Shown: piece by piece, positions 1-8,860 of the stretch
Layout of the letters: each line of letters opens with the position of its first letter
Position numbering within the stretch: the stretch's first letter is position 1
Assembly: GCA_964419615.1 (NCBI GenBank)
Contig: CAYQPU010000001.1
Location: 1 to 64,000, forward strand
Direction: 5' to 3'
Source of the DNA: an uncultured Methanosarcinales archaeon
GTDB lineage: Archaea > Nanobdellota > Nanobdellia > Woesearchaeales > JAGVZT01
DNA length: 64,000 bases
The notes under the pieces: model-generated
Database searches by the model: none
Seen by the model: only the letters and a program-made list of their open reading frames with translations
Told to the model about the DNA's origin: nothing
Program-made: the position numbers and the translations under genes

Positions 1-7
1 TTCCAGA

Positions 8-301
8 TTGAGAAATGTTAATGAACAGATCAATCAGTTTTATGAATTTATTGATGGTTACTTTTCCAAAATTGAAGAAAGATTAGGTAATGCTTCTGAC
101 CAAGGCGTAATAAGTAATGAAGTTGTTCATGAATTTTTGAGTTATGTAAATATTATGAGAGAAGAGGAGTTAAGTATAAGGAATAGAGAAAGATCTAAGC
201 TGCAAACACCAAGTGATTATTTCATGCAATCAGATGTTCAAGCTCATTCACTCTCAGATAAAGTAGATAGCCATACAGGTTACTTAGATTTTGCACAATG
301 A
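8..301 (+). CDS. hypothetical protein (may be partial at window edge)
   Basis: 97-aa ORF overlapping the 3' end of the convergent regulator; no recognisable motif. Confidence 0.4.
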   Translation: MRNVNEQINQFYEFIDGYFSKIEERLGNASDQGVISNEVVHEFLSYVNIMREEELSIRNRERSKLQTPSDYFMQSDVQAHSLSDKVDSHTGYLDFAQ

Positions 302-1160
302 TTATTAGATACATTGAGATTAGTAAATTGTTTTTATCTGCCTGGTTTTGAATTGATTGGATTTTATTTATTAAATTTCTAGTTTTCCTATATTCCTTTA
401 ACATTTTGTCTAGTTTAAAGTCGTAGAATTGGTTCATTAAACTGTGGCTTAATTCCTCTATTGTTTTTATTATTGGTTTCAATTCTGAATTAATTTTTAT
501 TTTTTTTATATCTAGTTTTGATACCCGATTTACTAAGTATTTGACATTATCACTTATTTTTTCAAGTTCACTTACAAAACTGTATAAAAATGGAGTTCTA
601 TTGTCCTGCATAGACCTTCCCTTTATTAAGATTCTCCGACAGTAATTTGTAAATCTATTATTGGTTTTTTCCATTTCAAGGATGAGATTGGCAGCACCAG
701 TGTCTTTGTTAAAAAGCATTTCACCAAGTAAAGGAATCATTTGCTTATTTATTAGAAAAGTTCTCCTGAGCATACTGTCAAATTCTTCTTTTGTTCCTTT
801 TGAAACTGATTTTAATTCAATAAAGTCTTTTTTATAGTTTACAATTTCAAGGCCTACAAATTGCTCAGTCACAATTTTTCGCAGAAATTCAGGATTATCA
901 TATTTTATTCTAATTTCATCATACCCATTTTGATATAGTACAAACAAGAATCTTTGAAGAAATATATCAAAACCAGTTGCATTTACATCAATCTTTAGTG
1001 TTTGACTTTCAGGTGTACTTGTTGGAGATAGTAATAGTCCCAGATCGGTTTCTAGAATTTCTAGTTCTTCGCCTTTTTGGATGTTTAATTTTTTTACCCA
1101 TTTAGCTGGTAAGCTAACCATCATTGTGTTCCCTGAGATATTGATTACTTTTCGTTTCAT
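222..1160 (-). CDS. AbrB/MazE-type DNA-binding domain plus PhoU-like domains (archaeal phosphate-uptake regulator family)
   Basis: N-terminal RKVINISGNTMMVSLPAKWVKK..KGEEL AbrB signature; helical PhoU-like repeats (E..K...RF, ELEKISD). Confidence 0.85.
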   Translation of the reverse strand: MKRKVINISGNTMMVSLPAKWVKKLNIQKGEELEILETDLGLLLSPTSTPESQTLKIDVNATGFDIFLQRFLFVLYQNGYDEIRIKYDNPEFLRKIVTEQFVGLEIVNYKKDFIELKSVSKGTKEEFDSMLRRTFLINKQMIPLLGEMLFNKDTGAANLILEMEKTNNRFTNYCRRILIKGRSMQDNRTPFLYSFVSELEKISDNVKYLVNRVSKLDIKKIKINSELKPIIKTIEELSHSLMNQFYDFKLDKMLKEYRKTRNLINKIQSIQNQADKNNLLISMYLIIIVQNLSNLYGYLLYLRVNELEHLIA

Positions 1161-1291
1161 GTTATTTGAGAGTAAATTGATATATTTAAATTTTTCTGAT
1201 TTATTTAAACATTTAAATGTATTTATAATGTTTAACCAAAATGTTTAAGTTTTCTCATTACTAACTAATAGTTAATTGGAGGATAAAAAAT

Positions 1292-1681
1292 ATGGCAATT
1301 GAAGATGTATTGAAAGCGCATTTGTACCTTGTTGAACACAGTTACAAATCCATCATCAAACAGGAAACCGGAGATATGATTAGTTTTGTTAGAGCTACTG
1401 GTGACGATTCATGGGAATCAGAATACTCAGCCCAAAATGGTTGGAGTTATGAGAAAAATAGCCCATGTTGTCAGTCTAGAAACAGAGATGCAAATTTCTG
1501 TAGTGATTGTGGAGCTGGTGTTAATGGTAGAGATGTGTATTACCATAGAGATAGATTCAATTTGAGTGGAGGAGATAGCACCGATGAGTCCAAGAGCTTA
1601 GCTGAGGATTTATTTTCTGTTGTTGAATTACCTGAACAAATTGAGATTGAAAATGATAAAACAAAAGGAGTTGAGTACTAA
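1292..1681 (+). CDS. hypothetical Cys-motif protein, paralog family A
   Basis: SD ggagg upstream; CC-x8-FCxxCGAGVNGRDVY shared with the next ORF. Confidence 0.8.
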   Translation: MAIEDVLKAHLYLVEHSYKSIIKQETGDMISFVRATGDDSWESEYSAQNGWSYEKNSPCCQSRNRDANFCSDCGAGVNGRDVYYHRDRFNLSGGDSTDESKSLAEDLFSVVELPEQIEIENDKTKGVEY

Positions 1682-2053
1682 ATGAATGTTGATATTGTTG
1701 AAAAAGTTCTAGAAGCACAGATCTACTTGATGGAACATAAATATGACACAATTCTTGCTTTAGAAACCCAAGGGATGGTAAGCTTTGCTTCAGAAAGTGG
1801 AGATGGAGAATGGGAAGCGTATGCTGATCTACATAAATGGATGTATAAAGAGAATAATGATTGTTGTTTGCCACAAAAAGAGATAGCAAATTTCTGTGAC
1901 CAGTGTGGAGCTGGTGTTAATGGTAGAGATGTTTATGTTATAGAAAATTTTGTTCCTGAGCAACCTTCTGCCATAGATGGCATTGAGATGGTACTTACTA
2001 GTTTAGTTGATGGTGTTAGAGACTATTTTGCAAAAGGAGGTCAAGAAATATGA
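1682..2053 (+). CDS. hypothetical Cys-motif protein, paralog family A
   Basis: abuts the previous stop; aligns along its length with 1292..1681. Confidence 0.8.
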   Translation: MNVDIVEKVLEAQIYLMEHKYDTILALETQGMVSFASESGDGEWEAYADLHKWMYKENNDCCLPQKEIANFCDQCGAGVNGRDVYVIENFVPEQPSAIDGIEMVLTSLVDGVRDYFAKGGQEI

Positions 2054-2682
2054 ACACAAAAATGGGAAATTTAACTGATATTGCAGAAAAATTAACAAGA
2101 GAAGTTTGTTTGACAACAGTTGTTGAAAGTCCTTTTGTCAGTTATACTTATGATCAAGAAAACCTTCCAGAAGAAACAAGAAAGGAGATGGTGGCCTATG
2201 TTTTTGCTACCCCTATTGGAATGGAATTAGATGGAAACAAAGAGCTAGCAGATTTATTAACAAAGCAGGCACCACTTGATGTTGAAGGTGAAGTAGAATT
2301 AATAGAAAACGTGTATTTTCTTGCTGGAGCTTGTGTTACATATCATGCTTTAAAAAAGACATTTTGGGACGAACTCCCTATCGTGACTCAAGAGTACATT
2401 GAAGCTTATTTTGAAGATGTTTGTGGTAAAGCAACTCAAGGAAAACCGTTGAGTAAACAAGAAGGGGAATGGGAAAGATATACAGTGGCTAATGATCCTT
2501 TAGGACAACAGCTATTGATTAATGCACATTGGCTTCCAATTAATGAACAAAGGTTCCTAATGCCAGCTTATTACATAATTAAAGATCATAGTGATCCAAG
2601 GAAGAGAGCAGCTTATGATGGGAATATGCTTGTTATCAGATTGATTCAAACTGCAATGGGGGAGGTGACTGATAATGAGTGA
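2050..2682 (+). CDS. hypothetical protein, paralog family B
   Basis: ATGA overlap; motifs YFLAGACVTYHALK and DGNMLVIR. Confidence 0.8.
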   Translation: MNTKMGNLTDIAEKLTREVCLTTVVESPFVSYTYDQENLPEETRKEMVAYVFATPIGMELDGNKELADLLTKQAPLDVEGEVELIENVYFLAGACVTYHALKKTFWDELPIVTQEYIEAYFEDVCGKATQGKPLSKQEGEWERYTVANDPLGQQLLINAHWLPINEQRFLMPAYYIIKDHSDPRKRAAYDGNMLVIRLIQTAMGEVTDNE

Positions 2683-3358
2683 TTTTAGACCCACAGTAAA
2701 GGTGCGAAGATTAAATGCCTACCTTGAAGATCATTTTGTTGAATTATTTTCTAGGATGGAAAGTCCCGGAAATGCAAAAGTTAAACAGTTTATTAAAACA
2801 GGAGAATACGTTGTTACAGGTTATGATGAACCTGATGAACAGTATTGTCAGTTTTTGACTGCCATGGTTTCATATGCAGATACTCCAGTTACTTTTAGAC
2901 ACCTTGAGTATATCAATAATACAAAGAGGTTAATGCATGACAACGGGTGTTCTGATCTTGTTAAAAAGATTGAACAAGAGGCATCTCTTGCTAGCATCAG
3001 ATCCCCTAGAACAAGCCCTATTTCAAAACCTGATCCTCATTTGTTCAATAGAGTTTTTCAGGGAGCAGCATGCGCGGTTTATCGACTATACTTACAAGCA
3101 GCTGTTGAGGCTGGTGAATGTTTTCCAAAGATTTCTCTTGAGAATGAATCTGTGGAACAATTATTTTCTCGAGAAAGGGAGGGACTTGTTGATTATCCTG
3201 ATGTGATCTACCCACTTATTGTTGCTCTTACTAGCATGCAAGGTATGATTATGGGTGGATGTAGTAAATCATTGAAGGTGTGTTCAGACGCAGCTAGTTT
3301 GGTTTATTCAGCTATTAACGCTAGTTATGGAGGTAAAGAAAATGGATTTAGTGAATGA
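2675..3358 (+). CDS. hypothetical protein, probable family B
   Basis: overlapping start with SD gggaggtg; VFQGAACAVYRLY motif. Confidence 0.75.
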   Translation: MSDFRPTVKVRRLNAYLEDHFVELFSRMESPGNAKVKQFIKTGEYVVTGYDEPDEQYCQFLTAMVSYADTPVTFRHLEYINNTKRLMHDNGCSDLVKKIEQEASLASIRSPRTSPISKPDPHLFNRVFQGAACAVYRLYLQAAVEAGECFPKISLENESVEQLFSREREGLVDYPDVIYPLIVALTSMQGMIMGGCSKSLKVCSDAASLVYSAINASYGGKENGFSE

Positions 3359-3614
3359 TTATGGAGAATTAGTTAGGAGTTGTGTGCAGTATCCAATTGA
3401 CAAAGTTAGGTCTACCTTAGACCCAGATGGTTTTGTTTTAGGGGATCTTGATTTTTCATTGCCTGATATTGTTGAGGCTGCACATGATAGAATTAAAAAA
3501 ATTGGTGAGATGTCTCGAGAAGAACTCTATGAGAATAGTGGCTGTGGTACTGATTATTTTCGAAAGTGGAGAATATGGATTTATCAAAATGGAGTTGATG
3601 AGATTATCAATTAG
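3327..3614 (+). CDS. hypothetical protein (start probably 3342)
   Basis: SD ggagg before MDLVND; lies within the array. Confidence 0.65.
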   Translation: MEVKKMDLVNDYGELVRSCVQYPIDKVRSTLDPDGFVLGDLDFSLPDIVEAAHDRIKKIGEMSREELYENSGCGTDYFRKWRIWIYQNGVDEIIN

Positions 3615-3625
3615 TAGAGGAGAAA

Positions 3626-4375
3626 ATGGAAGAGAATAATGATTTAGCAAGTAGGATACTTAGAAAAATTGAACCACATTATAACAAAGCACTTGATGTT
3701 GCAGAAAAAGCAAGTGATGTTATTACTTATCCTTTGGATAAATGGTTTGACACAATGACAGGAACAGATAGTAGATTCGTCCCAGAAGTAGAGGAAACTT
3801 ACGGAGAGCTTAGACGTTATTGGGGTATGAGTAAAGATAAGGATATCGATGAACTTCATGGAAAAGTTAGAGAACAATTAGTCCAAAAGGGTTATACACA
3901 TCAACGTGTTGATAGTGATCTAGAATTATGGATGAATCATTTTGATCAGGATTCTCCAGAGTATTTTATGATTGATCCTTCTGGCAAGAGAGCCTATTAT
4001 GCAAGTCTGTCTGGTAAGTTTAATCACCCTGATGAAATTGTTGAAATGATGCAGGATTGCCTTGAAAGAAGTGATTCAGAATTTAATGGAGATGGCATAT
4101 TAGTATTAGGTTCATTATTTGCTTCAGCGGCTTTGACTTCCACAGGTTTTGTTTTACCATTTTTGATTGGTTGGGGAGCAACTGTTACAACTCAATTATG
4201 TGATGGTTATACAAAACTTCAGGAAAAGATGTTCACTGGTTTGTCGAATCTAAATGGTAAGGGATTGTATACAAAAAGACATAATGAGATTTACAACACA
4301 TTTGCACAAAGCAGTGATGCACTTTATCATTTGCTGCAGGTGCCTGATAAAGAGGTGATCTCAAATGCTGACTAG
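3626..4375 (+). CDS. hypothetical protein with hydrophobic hairpin, paralog family C
   Basis: SD gagg; aligns with 4365..5018. Confidence 0.8.
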   Translation: MEENNDLASRILRKIEPHYNKALDVAEKASDVITYPLDKWFDTMTGTDSRFVPEVEETYGELRRYWGMSKDKDIDELHGKVREQLVQKGYTHQRVDSDLELWMNHFDQDSPEYFMIDPSGKRAYYASLSGKFNHPDEIVEMMQDCLERSDSEFNGDGILVLGSLFASAALTSTGFVLPFLIGWGATVTTQLCDGYTKLQEKMFTGLSNLNGKGLYTKRHNEIYNTFAQSSDALYHLLQVPDKEVISNAD

Positions 4376-5018
4376 AATTATTGATAATTTTTTCCATGGT
4401 GATGCACGAAATGAAGCCTGGGATAGAGCTTTGGATCATATGAATGTTGAGTATGAAAAAAGGACCACAGCTTCTAAACCTGAATTCAGAAAAGAAGTTG
4501 TTAAAAAACTTGATGAAAAAGGTTTTGAAAAAGTTGAATCAAAAGGTTTTTATGAGTTTTGGAAAAATGACAATGAAGATTATTTTGTTATTAGAGATAG
4601 TGGCAAAAAAGGGAAATCAATATCATCTTATTATTTGGGTTTAGCATATGATGGAGAGATTGATGGTGCACAAATTATGGAGGATTGTATTTGCAGAGAG
4701 TATGTAGAGTTTTTGGCAGATGGATTTGGTATGATGGGTACTGCCTATATAGGTGCCACAATTGACAGTTATCTACCAGGTAATTCTGTTTTTTGGACTG
4801 GAATGGGAACCGCATTTGCTGCACAGTTTTTTGATTTATACACCTGGGCTGCAGAAGTTGGTTTTAATCTTTTATCTGAATGGACTGGTGAAGGGTATTA
4901 CACAGAGGAGCATAATGAGTTTTACAAAAACAATTTTTGTTCCGAGTCAGATGCAATTCATGAATTAACTCATATGAAAGAAGGAGGAACAAAAACAAAA
5001 CATGAGAAAATTATTTGA
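4365..5018 (+). CDS. hypothetical protein with hydrophobic hairpin, paralog family C
   Basis: SD gaggtg; G.G.YT..HNE.Y and SDA..L motifs shared with the previous ORF. Confidence 0.8.
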   Translation: MLTRIIDNFFHGDARNEAWDRALDHMNVEYEKRTTASKPEFRKEVVKKLDEKGFEKVESKGFYEFWKNDNEDYFVIRDSGKKGKSISSYYLGLAYDGEIDGAQIMEDCICREYVEFLADGFGMMGTAYIGATIDSYLPGNSVFWTGMGTAFAAQFFDLYTWAAEVGFNLLSEWTGEGYYTEEHNEFYKNNFCSESDAIHELTHMKEGGTKTKHEKII

Positions 5019-5646
5019 CAAGATGAAAAGAGCCAGACAAGGTGATACAATGCTTGAATGGATGAGTGATAAACATAATGGTTTATTCTGCCCATTTGTT
5101 TTGTATGATGCTTATCCGGATCTTGAACAGAGAACACAAAATTATCTTTTGTCTTGGATACAAGATGGAATGCAAAAAGTTAGAAGAGATGGAAATAGTG
5201 ATTTGGCAGATTTTGTTGAGCAGCAATCAATGATTGGAATTGATAATGTTGATCGCGATTATGGTCAGGTTTATTTCAAAGCAGGTTTTCTTGCTGCATA
5301 CCAAAATGTAAAACAAAGAATTGTGAAGCATCAAAAAAATATTCCTTTTGGTCCGCCAGACAGAAGTAAACCTCAGAGACATAAGGTGTTTTCAAAAGGT
5401 ATACCTAGACCATCTGCAGATGAGATTGAGAAAAGGGTTGACAAGGCTCACCGAGGAAGATTTCCATTTATGTATACTGCCAAAGGTGATGAAGCGTATT
5501 CCTATTTTTACAGAAACCAGCCACTAGATTTTGTTGCAAACCATATTGTTGATAATGGTTGGGATCCAGAGCAGGCTCGAGCTTTGGATGGTATGATGCT
5601 TGCTTATAGGACGCTGGGAGTTGTTGAATATGCACGAGGAAGATGA
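5002..5646 (+). CDS. hypothetical protein, paralog family B
   Basis: SD ggagg; YFKAGFLAAY and LDGMMLAYR motifs. Confidence 0.8.
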   Translation: MRKLFDKMKRARQGDTMLEWMSDKHNGLFCPFVLYDAYPDLEQRTQNYLLSWIQDGMQKVRRDGNSDLADFVEQQSMIGIDNVDRDYGQVYFKAGFLAAYQNVKQRIVKHQKNIPFGPPDRSKPQRHKVFSKGIPRPSADEIEKRVDKAHRGRFPFMYTAKGDEAYSYFYRNQPLDFVANHIVDNGWDPEQARALDGMMLAYRTLGVVEYARGR

Positions 5647-5672
5647 TAAATAAACATAAAAGGTGAAAGAAA

Positions 5673-6377
5673 ATGAAATTTAAAGAATTTGTAGAAAAAA
5701 CAAAAGAGAATTATGACATAGTTGAGGAACCAAAAGTATTGATGGTCATTGATGGTGGTGTAGAGAAGAGAGAAGGTACGGATCCATTGACACAGGTGCA
5801 AGAATCCATAAATGATATGCCTAAAGATTTAGCATCATTTGTAGTTGAGCAAGGAGATTATAGGAATCAGATTAATGGTGTGTCAAGTATGCCTGGAATT
5901 CTTGTTTCATGGAAAGCGTGGTTTGCAGGTGCTAGTATTGCATGGAATGTTTTAAAACAGACCTATGGAGCAGATATTGAAGTCAATCAAGAACATGTTG
6001 ACCAATATTTATTTTCACAACTGCAAACTCCATTAAAACAACTTGATTCAGACCAAGGTATTAGCGCGAGTGAGATGAGTGCAAATATGTATTTTGCAGA
6101 TAGAGATAAAGAAGGATTGGAAGCATTAACTGATGAAAAAGGAGTTTTTGGTCCATTTGATTTTGATCCAGTTGGTATAAAATCTGAGGATAGTAGAGTT
6201 ATTATTGGTGGTTATGCAGCTAGTAGCAGAGAAGATGGATTGGTCTTTAGAGTTTTTAAAGATACCAATAATGCTGAGTTGATTAATGGATACCTGGCTG
6301 TGATGAGAATTGCATATAATGCAATTGAAAGTGACATAATCAAAAATGAAGAATCAGCAGGACCAGTATTAGACTAG
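5673..6377 (+). CDS. hypothetical protein, paralog family B
   Basis: SD aggtga; WFAGASIAWNVLK and NGYLAVMR motifs. Confidence 0.8.
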   Translation: MKFKEFVEKTKENYDIVEEPKVLMVIDGGVEKREGTDPLTQVQESINDMPKDLASFVVEQGDYRNQINGVSSMPGILVSWKAWFAGASIAWNVLKQTYGADIEVNQEHVDQYLFSQLQTPLKQLDSDQGISASEMSANMYFADRDKEGLEALTDEKGVFGPFDFDPVGIKSEDSRVIIGGYAASSREDGLVFRVFKDTNNAELINGYLAVMRIAYNAIESDIIKNEESAGPVLD

Positions 6378-6396
6378 AAAGTTAATTGTTAATCAC

Positions 6397-6548
6397 AGTT
6401 AGCCCCTTTGGGCCTGCTCGTTCGCCAGTTTGTTATCTGTGTTTGATATATTAATCTTGATTATATCCATGTTGACAAACTGTTCCTTTTTGTTTCTTAT
6501 CACAATCACTGGCTCACTCACATAAACCTGGCCAAAAAGGGGCCAACT
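6397..6548 (+). ncRNA. candidate structured ncRNA, copy 1 (family unknown; strand tentative)
   Basis: terminal stem GTTAGCCCCTTT/AAAGGGGCCAAC, inner stem CAGTTTGTTA/TGACAAACTG; homologous to 42254..42399 with compensatory changes. Confidence 0.55.
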
Positions 6549-6614
6549 TTCAATTTTTAACCAATATTTATTATTAATAACATTTATAAATAACCCCATG
6601 TTCCATGATAGTAT

Positions 6615-6719
6615 ATGAAGCGAAGCTCAAGACGTTGGAAGAAAAAAGGCCAAATGCGTTGGAAATGGCAGAGAAAACGAATGAACAAGTTAAAACAGAG
6701 ACGAAAGAAAAAGAAATAG
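6615..6719 (+). CDS. rpl41e: ribosomal protein L41e (eL41), 34 aa; below the ORF-track cutoff
   Basis: translates MKRSSRRWKKKGQMRWKWQRKRMNKLKQRRKKKK, matching the archaeal L41e pattern. Confidence 0.9.
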   Translation: MKRSSRRWKKKGQMRWKWQRKRMNKLKQRRKKKK

Positions 6720-7681
6720 ATTTATAAATGAGTTTTGCTTACCCATATACACGATTTCAAACCAGGGGTTTGAAGTCAAATCAACTCCATCTTACATAAT
6801 GAATACTTGATGATCAATTAAGTATGAAAGATATTTGTGAGTCTCAAGAATTAAGAAGCGACCGTCCAATATAAAAAAATACACTGGAGGGGTTATCTCA
6901 ATACATATGAGAAGGATTTTACCTCGCTATAAAAGTGCATTTTTTTGAACGAATTCCAGTTGATCCTGCTGGAGGCCGCTGCTATTGGGATCCGACTAAG
7001 CCATGCAAGTCCAGGGGTGCTTCGGCACACCGGCAAACTGCTCAGTAACACGTCGATAATCTGCCCTTGAGTCAGGGATAACCTTGGGAAACTGAGGCTA
7101 ATACTTGATAGGGGAATTCTACTGTAATGTGTTTTCCTTTAAAGATTACGCTCAAGGATGAGTTGGCGGTGGATTAGCTTGTTGGTGGGGTAATGGCCCA
7201 CCAAGGCGATGATCCATAGGGGCCTTGGAAGAGGTAGCCCCGAGAAGGACACTGAGATACTGGTCCTAGCCCCACGGGGTGCAGCAGGCGCGAAAACTTT
7301 ACACTACACGAAAGTGTGATAAGGGGATCCCAAGTGCCTATACTATGTATAGGCTTTTTCCAAGAGTAAAGACCTTGGAGAATAAGTGGTGGGAAAGACT
7401 GGTGCCAGCAGCCGCGGTAATACCAGCGCCACAAGTGGGGGCCATGTTTATTGGGCCTTAAGCGTTCGTAGCAGGTTGTATAAATCTCTTGTGAAATCGT
7501 TAGGCTTAACCTAACGGCGTGCAGGAGAGACTGTAAAACTAGAGACCGGGAGGAGTCAGAGGAATTCTTGGGGGAGCGGTAAAATGCTATAATCCCAGGA
7601 GGACCACCGGTGGCGAAGGCGTCTGACTAGAACGGGTCTGACTGTGAGGGACGAAAGCCAGGGGAGCAAACCGGATTAGAT

Positions 7682-7819
7682 CGACCTTTTGTAAACAAAA
7701 GCTCGACCAAAAACACTTAAGTGCGATATTTTACTTTGTAAAAATCGCACGAACTAATGTTTGCAACAATCTACATTTAGTGAAAGTGTGGTCAAATTAT
7801 GTACAAAAGTGTCCTAAAT
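7682..7819 (+). other. 138-nt ORF-less BHB intron in 16S (E. coli 793/794)
   Basis: splits GGATTAGAT|ACCC; central helix TTAG/CTAA with 3-nt bulges; basal stem GACCTTTTGTA/TACAAAAGTGTC. Confidence 0.85.
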
Positions 7820-7909
7820 ACCCGAGTAGTCCTGGCTGTAAACGCTGCGAGCAAGGTGTTGCATATTCCAACATGAATATGCAGTGTCGAAACGAAGGTG
7901 TTAAGCTCG

Positions 7910-7960
<51 letters not shown>

Positions 7961-8104
7961 CTCACTACAAGGGGTGCGGCGTGCGGTTTAATTGAACTCA
8001 ACACCGGAAATCTCACCAGGAGCGACGGCAGAATGAAGGTCAGTCTAAAGGGCTTACCTGACGAGCCGAGAGGTGGTGCATGGCCGTCGTCAGCTCGTGC
8101 CGTA

Positions 8105-8135
8105 ACTTTGAAGGTTTTAACATTCAAAGCGGTTA
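8105..8135 (+). other. 31-nt BHB mini-intron in 16S (E. coli ~1079/1080)
   Basis: splits GTGCCGTA|AGGTGTCC; helix GCCG/CGGT; bulges TAA/TAA; stem CTTTGAA/TTCAAAG. Confidence 0.85.
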
Positions 8136-8450
8136 AGGTGTCCTGTTAAGTCAGGCAACGAGCGAGACCTGCATCTACAATTGCTAACAGCTCTATCAGA
8201 GGACTGAGCACATTGTAGAGACTGCCTTGGAAACAAGGAGGAAGGTGCAGGCTACGGTAGGTCTGTATGCCCCGAATCCCCTGGGCTACACGCGCGCAAC
8301 AATGGTAAGGACAATGGGATGCAACTCCGAGAGGAGAAGCTAATCCTCGAAACCTTATCTTAGTCCAGATTGAGGGCTGCAACTCGCCCTCATGACGCCG
8401 GAATCCCTAGTAATCGGACGTCAACAGCGTCCGGTGAATACGTCCCTGAG

Positions 8451-8483
<33 letters not shown>

Positions 8484-8734
8484 TGGGTTTGAGTGAGGCC
8501 TAGCTTTTTAGCTATGTCGAACTCAGGCTCGATGAGGAGGGTTAAGTCGTCACAAGGTATCCGTAGGGGAACCTGCGGATGGATCACCTCCTTTTTTATT
8601 TAAGCAGGGACTCACAAATATCTCTTATACCACAAACTATATAAGAAACATATAGTTTAAACATATCACTTCTATCCCGCAGCGGGGGACAAGCGCTGAT
8701 TTTCATGTGATAATCATAATATTATCATGTTCAT

Positions 8735-8860
8735 GGGCCCGTAGCTCAGTTGGTAGAGCGTCGCCCTTGCATAGGGAGATTCTTCCAAAAGACAGGCGGA
8801 GGCCTCGGGTTCGAAAACGGGATCCAATTATGGAACCGGGTGAAAGCCCCGACGGGTCCA
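8735..8860 (+). tRNA. tRNA-Ala: tRNA-Ala(UGC) with two introns: 8772..8793 (37/38) and 8816..8846 (59/60)
   Basis: acceptor stem GGGCCCG/CGGGTCC, D arm GCTC/GAGC, anticodon TGC, T arm TCGGG-TTCGAAC-CCCGA after splicing; lies in the 16S-23S spacer. Confidence 0.92.

Noticed and set aside
1292-6377. Intact provirus
   Set aside because: No integrase, terminase, capsid or att repeats recognisable
6399-6599. 66-aa minus-strand ORF
   Set aside because: No motif or SD; it overlaps the covarying structured element and the rpl41e promoter, so it is probably spurious
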